A stretch of DNA of 64,000 nt, from contig OX597821.1 of NCBI GenBank assembly GCA_951406725.2, forward strand, positions 103,416,001-103,480,000, written 5' to 3'. Under the pieces are notes generated by a model. The model was given only the letters and a program-made list of their open reading frames with translations, was not told the origin of the DNA and did not search any database. This DNA comes from Octopus vulgaris. Taxonomy: Eukaryota. Within the stretch, counting starts at the first letter, position 1; the number at the start of each line of letters is the position of its first letter. This document shows positions 28,901 to 51,766 of the stretch, piece after piece. Position numbers and translations under genes: made by a program.

Positions 28901-29744
28901 CGTTTCTTTTTCTTTTCTCCAAGTATTTATATATATGTATATATATATATATGCATGTATCACCCTTAGCCATTTATAAAAAATGGTAAGCATTCGACTT
29001 GACATAATCAAAGATTGCATAAACGAGAGGCATGACATGAAGATATCGACAACAATAAATCCTTACAAAGAACATGAAGCTTTTGATTTGGTTGTGGGGA
29101 AAGATATGTTTATGGATGGATATCTCGCAGAGCAATACAATAGAAATCCTACTTTGAGATGCAAAATCTTGATCCACGAGTCAGTATACCGATGCCTTAT
29201 CGACTATAGAAGACATTGTGTTCATATATAAAAAAAAGCAAGAACTGAGCAAATATATAAATTAAATAAAAGAAGAATGATATAAAAAATCAACAAGCAT
29301 CACTGACGTGAGGTTTATTCAAAATATAAATGTCCTACGGAATTATTATAACGTTGTGCGGAATGAAACAGAAATAGAATCCTTGCGGTAAAAAACGAAA
29401 GTGAAAGTAAATAAAAATGATAAATAAACAGCAAAGTACAGAAGAAAAGAAAAAAAAACGTTGATCTGACTGTTGCCTTCACTTGATCGAAGATGAAGGC
29501 TGTATTAATCAATAAATACTACACAGGAATAAAAAATATATATTGTTATTCTAAGAAACCAACCACCAAAGCTAACTCTTCAACCAAGATGAAAATAAAG
29601 ATAAAAGGTGATAAAAAGACATAAAAGGAGATACTACTAAATGTACTACTATTAATAATAACGTTAATAACTAAAATATAACAACAAATAACAACAAAAG
29701 TAATGATCATGATGATAATAATAGTAATGAAAATACAAATATTT

Positions 29745-31435
29745 TTAACTGTAGGCACTAGGCCTGAAATTTTGAGGGAGGAGGCTTGTCGATTACATCG
29801 ACCGCAGTATTCAACTGGTACTTATTCTATTGACCCCGAAACGATGGAAGGCCAAGTCGACATCGGCGGAATTTAATGTTGATAACAATAGCAACAACAA
29901 CAATAAGAATAGTAACAACAGCAATCAGAGAACGCAAAGCTCCGCTAAGGCAACACCATCGTCCGCTCAACAATTAACCGGGTATGATTTTTAAAATGAG
30001 AATATATGAAATACATTCGACTGCTCTCACAAACGAGAATACTTGAAATGAATCCAACCGCTCTCAAAAATTATATTAAAAAACCGGAGAAACTATCCAG
30101 AATCATTGTCCAGTACCTGATCGATCCCGATGGTAGTCATGGAATGTAAAGGTGGCTGTAGAAAAAAGATCGAGAGAAAGTTATCGCGATAGATTCAACA
30201 GAGGTTCGCCATTATTTTCTGCCGGAGCCAGGTGGAGCTTAGGTGTTTCGCTCATAAACACACAAATCGCCTGGTCTGAAATTCGAACCCGCGAGTCCGC
30301 TGTTCTAACCACTAGGCCATGTCATCCACCTTTATACTATAGGCACATGAAATTTGGTGGGAGGAGAGATAATCAGTTACGTCAACCCATGTGCTCCACA
30401 AGTACGTATTTCATCGGCCCAGGAAAAACTAGAAGGCAAAGTCGTCATCGATGGCATCTGAACTCAGAACGCAGAAACAGGCGAAATATGGTTAAGCATT
30501 CCGCTTAATCACAGTTTGGTGATGCTGACAATGACAATGATTTCAAATTTTGTCTCAACGCTACCAATTTCAAGGTATGCGATACATCGATTACATCAAA
30601 CTAAGTATTCAACTGCTTCTTATTTAGTCGACCTCGACGGAATTTGAACTCGGAACCTTAAAGACAAACGAAATACTATTAAGAATCCTGCCAGCTCACT
30701 GCCTTTAGTGAGGGTGATAATAAAATGAAGCAACATCAATCAACTGGCCTTTTCTTCGCTTTCGCTATACTTCCTTTTTGGTTACAGTTTGAAAGCCTTT
30801 CGAACTTTTAATATCGATCGATTTTTTTCTCACTTTGCACAAAGGAATAAAGACCAGGTGAAGCTTTTCTGAAAGGGCATTAATGATTAAATAAATGGCA
30901 TCGCAGACTCAATTCACTAGGGTGCTTCTTCGTTGCTCTATGTTGGTTAATTCTGTTTCAACTAACAATTCATTCTTACTTTAGTAGAATACGAATGTTG
31001 TTTTCTTTCATTTTGGCAAGTAAACCTATAGAAGAATAGAACATCTTATTATCTTATCTGCTCTTAGCGAACCAGCTAAGAAGCATTTAATGAGCCAACA
31101 TGGGACCTTACAGGAAATGAACAGTCATTGGGAATTAGAAGGAAAAATTCCCTTTTACGCTCTTGTCGAAAATCACGCGCCACCATGTTGCAATCATTGA
31201 TAATTAGATTAGATGTAACCAAATAACATGGCATAGAATCTTGGTACAAGGCGAGCAATTTTGAAGGGAAGGGGAAAGTCGATTACATAGAGCCAACAAC
31301 TCACCTTGTATTTTATTTTATCGATCCTGAAACGATGAAAGGCTAAGTCAATCTTGACGGGATTTGAACTCAGAACGTTAAGACAGACGAAATTCCGCTT
31401 AGTATTAAGTTTGGCGTGCTTTTGATTCTGCCAGA
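29745..31435 (-). mobile_element. cluster of decayed family C SINEs (~29745-29878, 30335-30508, 30537-30705, 31240-31435) and one family A copy (~30140-30329)
   Basis: Diagnostic blocks GTCGATTACATCGAC, GGAATTTGAACTC and GGAGCTTAGGTGTTTCGCTC; duplicated at ~41380-43070. Confidence 0.72.
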
Positions 31436-31846
31436 TCACACACACAAACACACGCACACACACACACATACACATATATACACACACATACACACACATA
31501 CACACACATATATATACATATGTGCGAGTATGTGTCTCTGTGTGTGCGTGGGAATGTGTATGCATGTGTGAGTTTGGATGTGGGTGTGCATTAGGTGCTT
31601 GAAGTGGTGTACAGATATTGTGCATTCAGAAAAGAAGGCAGTCAGATAATTCTTTACTGCAACTTTCATTCGTTTATCGAATTCGTCAAAACATAATAAA
31701 TGATTTTGATCTTTGTCTTGACGAGTTCGATAAATAAGCGAAAGCGCTGATAAAGAATTATCCAAAATTCTGACTGTCTATTTACTGAAAAAAAAAAATA
31801 TATATACATACATGTATATATATATATATACATACATACATACATA

Positions 31847-31969
31847 CAGGGTAATTCCAAAGTTACCACACGTAAGAAAAAATTAATTTTTATAAGAAAC
31901 AGTTAAATAAAAACACTGTTTCTTATAAAAAAATAAATTGTTCGCATATATGGCGAATTTTGAATCACC

Positions 31970-31972
<3 letters not shown>
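31847..31972. mobile_element. fold-back mariner-type MITE
   Basis: TA|CAGGGTAATTC...TTTTATAAGAAACAGT / ACTGTTTCTTATAAAA...GAATCACCGTA|TA, an imperfect palindrome over its whole length; duplicate at 43488-43613. Confidence 0.7.
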
Positions 31973-32016
<44 letters not shown>

Positions 32017-32262
32017 TACACACATATATGTATACATATAAGATCAATCAAAGGTTATCCCTAATACTACGCACACTTAACACATAAAAATATAAAAATA
32101 TAATGACATATCTTTTTTCTACTTCTGACTAGATTCAGTTTATAATGATTTCATTATTTTAATTAAAGTTTGAAACGAAACAGCTGTCAGAGATTGTGTC
32201 TGTTTTTGTAATTAATGAATATAATTATTAATTGATTTATCCCTATTTTCTTTTTTTTCTGC

Positions 32263-32319
<57 letters not shown>

Positions 32320-32378
32320 GATATATGTGTGTGTGTGTGTGCATATATATATGTGTGTATGTTTGTATATGTATATGG

Positions 32379-32428
<50 letters not shown>

Positions 32429-32431
32429 ATA

Positions 32432-32528
<97 letters not shown>

Positions 32529-32794
32529 TTTTTTTTTTTTTACACACGTGGGAAATTTGGCTGGCCTCTGTTGGTGCACCTACCTACAAATGTACAAGAT
32601 GCCTGAAAATCATAATAGAAGTAGATCATGTTTAGAACCTTTTTAGTGAAATGAAAACTCAAAGAGGGCCGAACTAGGGTTAAACTGAATCAACTAAAAC
32701 TATTATAGTCATTGCTCCTTGTAAACCAAACCGACAAATAAGCTGAATAAGGAGTTTCGACGATTGAACCAAACTCACTCTGTGTGTGTGTGTG

Positions 32795-32844
<50 letters not shown>

Positions 32845-33211
32845 GAAATCCTTTTTATCGACCCACAGAGATGAAAGCAAATTTAACTGTTGACAGATCT
32901 TGAATTGAAAACATGAAAGAACATAGACTTCTAAACACTTTGGCGATCTAAAGTAACCTTTTAGATAGTAGTATCTGAGGCAAATTGTTAGCGTTCCATT
33001 GGAAACGGTTGACTAGCGTCACTAAGGCTAGCTATTCGAAATGGCATCTACGTTGCACCATATACATAATACACACACACTTATGAAATCATGTATGTAT
33101 GTATGTATATATATGAATATATGCAGACATATATATGTATATATGTGCATACATATATGTATATATATGCATACATATATGTATATATATATATGTGTGT
33201 GTAAATTTGTG

Positions 33212-33272
<61 letters not shown>

Positions 33273-33332
33273 ACATATATATCTATATGTGCATACATAT
33301 GTATATATGTATATATATATATATATATATAC

Positions 33333-33380
<48 letters not shown>

Positions 33381-34245
33381 CTCCGCTGTGTACTTGTCTT
33401 TGAATCTTAATAAATTCTAGATGATGTTGTTTAGAATAAACTCAGTGTTCTTATGAAGCAGATATTTGATCAAAGTCTTTACGTCTGTGCCCATTCCATG
33501 CTTTTCGTTATGTTGTTTTCTCAGTCCCACTATGTCTCGGAATACATTATCTAATGCGGTTTTGCAGCCTTTCTATTATGAGAACAGTGGCGAGTAAGTT
33601 CAGGAACATTCTGGCTGACATTTCCTCACAGATTCAACGACAAAGAGAAATTCGCTTGTTGGCCTGGAATGTTATTTTCAAGCTTAAACAAAATACGGTT
33701 CAAGGGAATAAATCTATCGATTATACCGATTCAGCATTTGAAAGATATTTTATTTAATCCACCTCAGAAGGATTAACGGTGAAGCTGATCCTCTTTAACG
33801 CTTCTTTCAATTCGCTCTCTGAAAGTTAGCTCCAAATATTGGTCATTAACCGTGGAATCAATCATACTCTATAATTGTACAGCCGCATATTAATTAAAAA
33901 TGTAATGGAATACGGGTGGGGTATCTTTCTTTTAATGAGAGCTAAATACAGGTCATTGCAGAGTGCTAATTGGACTAAATGTGAATTACAGAAATATTGC
34001 TAAATGGATATTCAGCCCCCCAGAATTATATAACTTTCTTAATTAATGGAAAATTCGGTTTGGTCGAAAAATCGGACGTACTAATATTTTAGTAAAATCG
34101 AACTACATATTGCAATATTTTATAGTAAAGCCACTGAATATCGACTAAAAATCAAGTTTAGCCTTCATTTTAATTAAATAGTCATCAATATCTGGACTAG
34201 CTCGAACGAAGATGGCTGATTTTGTTTTTCTTTTTTAGAATATTC

Positions 34246-34345
34246 NNNNNNNNNNNNNNNNNNNNNNNNNNNNNNNNNNNNNNNNNNNNNNNNNNNNNNN
34301 NNNNNNNNNNNNNNNNNNNNNNNNNNNNNNNNNNNNNNNNNNNNN
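34246..34345. other. assembly gap (100 N)
   Basis: Exactly 100 n, a typical unknown-size scaffold gap. Confidence 0.99.
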
Positions 34346-45881
<11,536 letters not shown>

Positions 45882-46102
45882 TGCAGCCTCAATGGATTCT
45901 TTGATGTCTCTTAGACTGTCGACTAGAATCTCGCTTGATTGAAGCAGCCAGCAACTTCTAAGATTAGTAATATCGTTGTTCGTCTGGAAGTGCCTCACTA
46001 ATCTAGTAATTATTATCAATTAAAACTTCATAATCATAAATCCCATAATGATGTCTTTGACTGTCTGCTAACAAACTTTCTCACTCAATATTTATTGGCT
46101 AC

Positions 46103-46134
<32 letters not shown>

Positions 46135-46269
46135 CTGCATATATCTATGTATACAAATATAAACATATATATATATATCTATATATATACATATATATAT
46201 ATATATATCATATAATATATATATATATATCATGTGTATGTTTATGTCTCTCTATATATACATATACAT

Positions 46270-46322
<53 letters not shown>

Positions 46323-46393
46323 ATATATATATGTGTGTGTGTGTATGTATATATATATATCTATATATGTGTGTATATATATATATATGTATG

Positions 46394-46405
<12 letters not shown>

Positions 46406-46429
<24 letters not shown>

Positions 46430-46437
46430 GAGTGTGG

Positions 46438-46511
<74 letters not shown>

Positions 46512-46583
46512 TGTGTGTGGTGAGTGTGGTGGTGTGTGTGTGTGTGTGTGTGGTGAGTTTGGTGTGTGTGTGTGGTGAGTGTG

Positions 46584-46618
<35 letters not shown>

Positions 46619-46645
46619 TGTGGTGTGTGTGTGTGTGGTGTGTGT

Positions 46646-46688
<43 letters not shown>

Positions 46689-46703
46689 GTGTGTGGTGAG
46701 TGT

Positions 46704-46768
<65 letters not shown>

Positions 46769-46790
46769 CGTGTGTGTGTGTGGTGAGTGT

Positions 46791-46833
<43 letters not shown>

Positions 46834-46889
46834 TGAGTGTGGTGTGTGTGTGTGTGTGGTGAGTGTGGTGTGTGTGTGTGTGTGTGTGT

Positions 46890-46964
<75 letters not shown>
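46406..46964. repeat. complex (GT)n tract with recurring GGTGAGTGTGG interruptions
   Basis: Directly visible. Confidence 0.93.
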
Positions 46965-46965
<1 letters not shown>

Positions 46966-47189
46966 GCTGGCATTTTTCTTCGCTTTCCTCTCCTTAACGT
47001 CGTCGATGATGAAGTACATCTGTCGTCAAGTGTTTTCTGTCCATTACCATTCATGCCGTTTTCTCAAACATTGTGCGCCTAGGAATACGTTGACGAACGT
47101 AACCTTTTCTCTCTCTCTTTTTGCTTGTAACAGTCTAGCTCAGTTCTTTTATTTGAATTTGTACTCCACCGGTGGAGTTCGACAATATT

Positions 47190-47830
47190 TTGTGCTGGGA
47201 CCGGAATGACTGGATAAGAAACGCTGCAGCACTAGAAAATCTGATGGTCCAAAGACACCTAATGTGAACTAATCAGGTCTACAAACCTAGCATATGATGG
47301 ACATGCAACGCGCCACGAGTCATTGTCGAAGACCATCCTGAAGGGATTGTGGGTAGAAAGAGAGCAAGAGCTCGTCAAAGACATTAGTGGGTTAACAACA
47401 TCAGAGAATGTGGAGGCACATGGCCTAGTGGATAGAGCAGCGGACTCGCGGTCGAGGGATCGCGGGTTCGAATCTCAGATCGGACGATGCCTGTTTATGA
47501 GCGAAGCACCTAAGCTCCACGCGGCTCCGGCAGTAGGTAATGGTGAAACTTCTGCTGACTCTTTCGCCACAACTTTCTCTCACTCTTTTCTCCTGCATCT
47601 TGCAGCTCACCTGCGATGGACCGGCATCCCCGTCCAGGTGGGGAACCTATACGCCAAGAAACCGGGAAACCGGCCCTTATGAGCCAGGCATGGCTCGAGA
47701 AGGAACAAACAACAAACAACATAAGAGAATGCAATAGAACGAAGAACCTAGCTGGTGGTATGCTTACAGCACAATGCAGAAGGATCTGGAAATGGGTTGT
47801 CTACTCCACTTCAGGGAGGGTGCATGACTG
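47190..47830 (+). pseudogene. decayed RTE-type LINE 3' end, split by a SINE
   Basis: Translates as LAYDGHATRHESLSKTILKG..., resembling the RTE C-terminal L-x-W/Y-x-G-H-x-x-R...K-T-I-L-x-G pattern. Confidence 0.55.
47410..47714 (+). mobile_element. full-length family A SINE with a target-site duplication
   Basis: Head GTGGAGGCACATGGCCTAGTGG...GGGTTCGAATCTC, (AAC)-rich 3' end, flanked by AACAACATCAGAGAATG (47394-47410) and AACAACATAAGAGAATG (47715-47731). Confidence 0.9.
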
Positions 47831-48339
47831 ATCACACACACATATATATATATATTGTTATAATCGTTAAACTGTGAATTTGCTTATAATGCTCACTTCG
47901 GTATAAAGTATACTTCGTAAAATCAGTAAAGACACGACTCTGATCACCTACTACGTACTCTGGTACTTCTCTAAACTTATAATAACTAGGTTATTCCGCT
48001 TGCCACTTGGGATGGGTGTACTATTATTACTAACTCCCTACAAGATCTCCCCTTTTTTTCTCAGGAAGTGTCATTTTATTTAGCAATAATTTTTTATTCA
48101 CATCCACCTCCCTTTTTTGAGTTCTACTTTTTCCGTACAATTTAATATTTTTTTGCGCTTCACATCTATTTTCAGGAACTGTTTTCTTTTCCTCTCCCTT
48201 GTACGCCTGGGTTCAATCAACTGCAGTGACATTGGTACTTGGAACATATCGTGCAACCATTCCATCAGTTCCTTCAAAGTTTTGGTTAGCATTCCACGAA
48301 TCACTTTTTCAGTTGGTTCCTGGATGTCTTTTCTACTTA

Positions 48340-48556
48340 TTTACCCAATACATGCATACCCTCTCCACGCCACCAGTGTTATCCAAGAGAAAGGGAAAGG
48401 GGCCGATGCAGCTTGGCAACTGTGACGTCGCAACTAATTTCTACAGCTGAGTGAACTGGAGCAACGTGAAATAAAATGTCTTGCTCAAAAACACAACACG
48501 CAGCCCGGTCCGGGATTCGAACTCACAACCTCACGATCGTAAGCTCGACGCTCTAG
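48340..48556 (-). mobile_element. tRNA-derived CORE-like SINE (family D)
   Basis: Minus strand reads TAGAGCGTCGAGCTTACGATCGTGAGGTTGTGAGTTCGAATCCC then TTGAGCAAGACATTTTATTTCACGTTGCTCCAGTTCACTCAGCTGTAGAAAT, resembling the MIR/CORE block. A related head lies at 60050-60140. Confidence 0.7.
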
Positions 48557-48859
48557 CTCATAGGTATAGGGTTATATATATTCAAAATTAGTGCATTGAC
48601 CCGTTGGGATTCCAACATCCAGACATATTTACTCGGAAGTATTTATTTGAATGTATATATATAAAAATTCATATAAGCGTGTATATATCTATATTCCTGT
48701 TTACGAGTCGTTGTCAATAGTTTACTAAAATACATTGGGACTATTTAATGTATGCACCGCGTTTAAAAATAGTGAAAAGACGAAAATGAAATATATGATG
48801 ATGTACATTAGTGGGGGAAAACTGTAAATAAATAAATAACGGATATAGAGAAAAATTAT

Positions 48860-49222
48860 AGTCGTAGGAGTGGCTGTGCGGTAAGTAGCTTGCTTATGAA
48901 CCACATGGTCCCGGGTTCAGTCCCACTGCGTGGCACTTTGGGGGGATGTCTTCTACTATAGCTTCGGGCCGACCAAAGCCTTGTAAGTGGATTTGGTAGA
49001 CGGAAAGACGCCCGTCGTATATATGTATGTATGTATGTATGTGTGTGTATATGTTTGTGTGTCTGTGTTTGTCCCCCCAACATCGCCTGACAGCAAAAGA
49101 GACCGATAGAATTAGTACTAGACTTCCAAAGAATAAGTCCTGGAGTCGATTTGCTCGACTAAAGGCGGTGCTCCAACATGGCCACAGTCAAATGACTGAA
49201 ACAAGCAAAAGAATAAAGAGTA
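48860..49222 (+). mobile_element. family B SINE, near full length
   Basis: Head GGAGTGGCTGTGCGGTAAGTAGC; tail AAAGGCGGTGCTCCAACATGGCCACAGTCAAATGACTGAAACAAGCAAAAGAATA. Confidence 0.88.
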
Positions 49223-49399
49223 TTGTTAAGGGAATGTTATTAAGATTCAGTCATATTATTTTATATCTTATATTATATAGCGTCAGCAGATATAGATGTA
49301 AGTAGTGGATCTAATAGGTATCTAATTAATTGAGAAACTTATTTAGTAGAATTAATGGTGTTCGTTTGATCAGAAGATATAAGAATAGTTAATGGCATT

Positions 49400-50460
49400 T
49401 ATAGAATACGTATTTGCGTGTATGTAGCCAACAAGAGAATCTTTTAACCCTCTCGTTTCGCAGTTTTTTAGTGGAAAAGTTGTACAAAGCTGACAATATC
49501 TATTAGGTCGAAAAAACAAAACAAAAAGGTTTTGCAGAAGAAATAATTTTCCATTTAATTTTTATAACTTACATTGTTGTCTTTTAATTTCCAAATTAAT
49601 TTACTAAGACTAGTCGAAGTACGATTAACAGAATTACGAAAAGAATATTGGTGGTTTGAAATTCTAGCCTTAATAAATGTCGAGGAAGCGTTAATATAGT
49701 AAAAGTATTTACCACCACTTTCAACTATAGCTACATATTTCTCTTGCAATAATTTTAAAAAATTACACTTTTCTTTAACTCAACAATCGCAGAAATTAGT
49801 CATGTTATGGCTGGAAATAACAGGTGAGTTGGGACGTGTAATTTCCCCTTGATTGTTGTGTATGGTTGGATGATTCATAATGCTATAGTTTAAATTGGTC
49901 ATACGTTCGGCATCAAATCGATCTAATTAAGCAGAATTTAGAGAAGATATATATCTAAATAAATTACGAACAACTGAAAAGCCACATCAAAAAAATCTGC
50001 TATGGAGTAATTCACTGTATTTATTTTTATTAAGAGAAAAATATCTATTTATTAACCGGTGTATTATGTTGAACATATCACATTTTACTTGTTTAGCGAA
50101 GGACAAAATCAACCATACAATATTTTCCTTTATTTTGTTATTACAAAAGTGGCATTATGATAGCTTTTGATTTTTTTTAAAATTTAATATAAGGTATGTA
50201 GTTCTTATTTCTTGTTACATTGTAAGTAGTGGTAAATTTATTGTTATTAATATTATTATAATAATTCTTTATGGTTGGATAAATGTTATTATTTACATTG
50301 ACGGAAGCTAATATGTTATTTTTATCTTTGTGATTATTATGATAATAATAGCTTTACCACTTATAATCAATTTATTTGTATTGAAATGTTTTTAAAAGAA
50401 AATTTTCAACATTTTTTAGCGTACAAATAAATCTTTCACGCATCCAATTCTCTCCATTTT
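49400..50460 (-). pseudogene. decayed Penelope-like element: RT thumb, linker and GIY-YIG endonuclease relic
   Basis: ORF 49555-49749 reads ...YVAIVESGGKYFYYINASSTFIKARISNHQYSFRN...STSLSKLIWKLK, matching the PLE GIY-YIG pattern (Y...YIG...FK-R..NH..SF...T-LS..IW-LK). It is preceded by a Cys-rich FCDC*VKEKC relic and followed by CQLC. Many stops and frameshifts. Confidence 0.78.
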
Positions 50461-50492
50461 CATTCCTTTAATATATATATATATATTAAAAT

Positions 50493-50523
<31 letters not shown>

Positions 50524-50537
50524 TTGTAAGTATATGA

Positions 50538-50693
50538 TTTACATTATTTACATTTGACGGATATTTGTCCTCATCTTGTTTGTTGTTAACACAACGTTTC
50601 GGCTGATATACCCTCCAGCCTTCATCAGGTGTCTCGGGAGAAATTTCGAACCTTGGTTCTCATTCCTAACGCATTTTTCGATGTTGTTGTTGT

Positions 50694-50725
<32 letters not shown>

Positions 50726-50814
50726 CTATTATTATTATTCAGGTAACTGCGTGGAATCGAACTCGCAATCTTGGGGTTAGTAGCCCGCGCTCTTAACCAC
50801 TACGCCATATGCCC
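50538..50814 (-). mobile_element. SINE-like element: tRNA-derived head, (AAT)n(AAC)n, hammerhead, repeat tail
   Basis: Minus strand reads GGGCATATGGCGTAGTGGTTAAGAGCG...GAGTTCGATTCC (A and B boxes, ~50745-50814), then a microsatellite, a hammerhead at 50588-50633, and a 3' end AAATGTAAATAATGTAAA. Confidence 0.7.
50588..50633 (-). ncRNA. minimal type I hammerhead ribozyme (PLE-type)
   Basis: gacac CTGATGA a ggctg gagggtatat cagcc GAAA cg TT gtgtt. Canonical core, stem I gacac/gtgtt, stem II ggctg/cagcc, palindromic AACGTT in place of stem III, GUU triplet. Confidence 0.75.
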
Positions 50815-51234
50815 ATACTGCATTTATATGTATCCAAAATGGAAGCAATCATCTATGTGATGGGCTTGATGTTTGCTGAGGGACCTATTGAACATGAAAC
50901 CGATGGTAGCCTTAAACTATAAATAAATAATTTTTATCCACCAGTGCGGCGTTGAGTCGATCAGAATCCAACTGCACCTCAAGATTTTGTTATTTGAACT
51001 TACTTTCTCCAAGAAGAAAGCTCTATGGAGAACTAGTGGTACTTCACTCTCGTTGCTTCATATGCAGGTTAGAACATAGCTGAGGCCCTAATAGAAGCTA
51101 TTACTTCGATTCAAAGTAACCCTGGGAACAATGGTGATTAAGAGGTGCTTCCACACACCTTAAAAACCTTGGAACTCCCATATCAGAGCCCAAATATTGG
51201 CTGTAGCTTAAAGTTATACCGTAGACATATACTG

Positions 51235-51447
51235 GTTTCTAATTTTGGCACAGGGCCAGTAGTTTCTGGAAAGGGGTAAGTCGATTATATCAAATCGCAG
51301 TACTCAACAGTTGCTTATTTTACTGACCCCAGAAGGATGAAGGGAAAAGTCGACCACGGCGACATTTAAACTCAGAATGTTAAGACGGACGAAATGCAAT
51401 TAACCATTTTGATTGGTCTGCTAAATATTCCATCAGCTCGCTGCCTT
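51235..51447 (-). mobile_element. family C SINE
   Basis: TTTTGGCACAGGGCCAG...GAAGGATGAAGGGAAAAGTCGAC...CAGCTCGCTGCCTT. Confidence 0.78.
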
Positions 51448-51586
51448 CCCTAGCACATATATTATATACACATATAAGCACACACACACGCACACGCATA
51501 AACACACACACAAACACACACCCACGAATACACAAGCACACACGCACGAACACGCACACATGGCGTGTATATACATATATACACAC

Positions 51587-51766
<180 letters not shown>

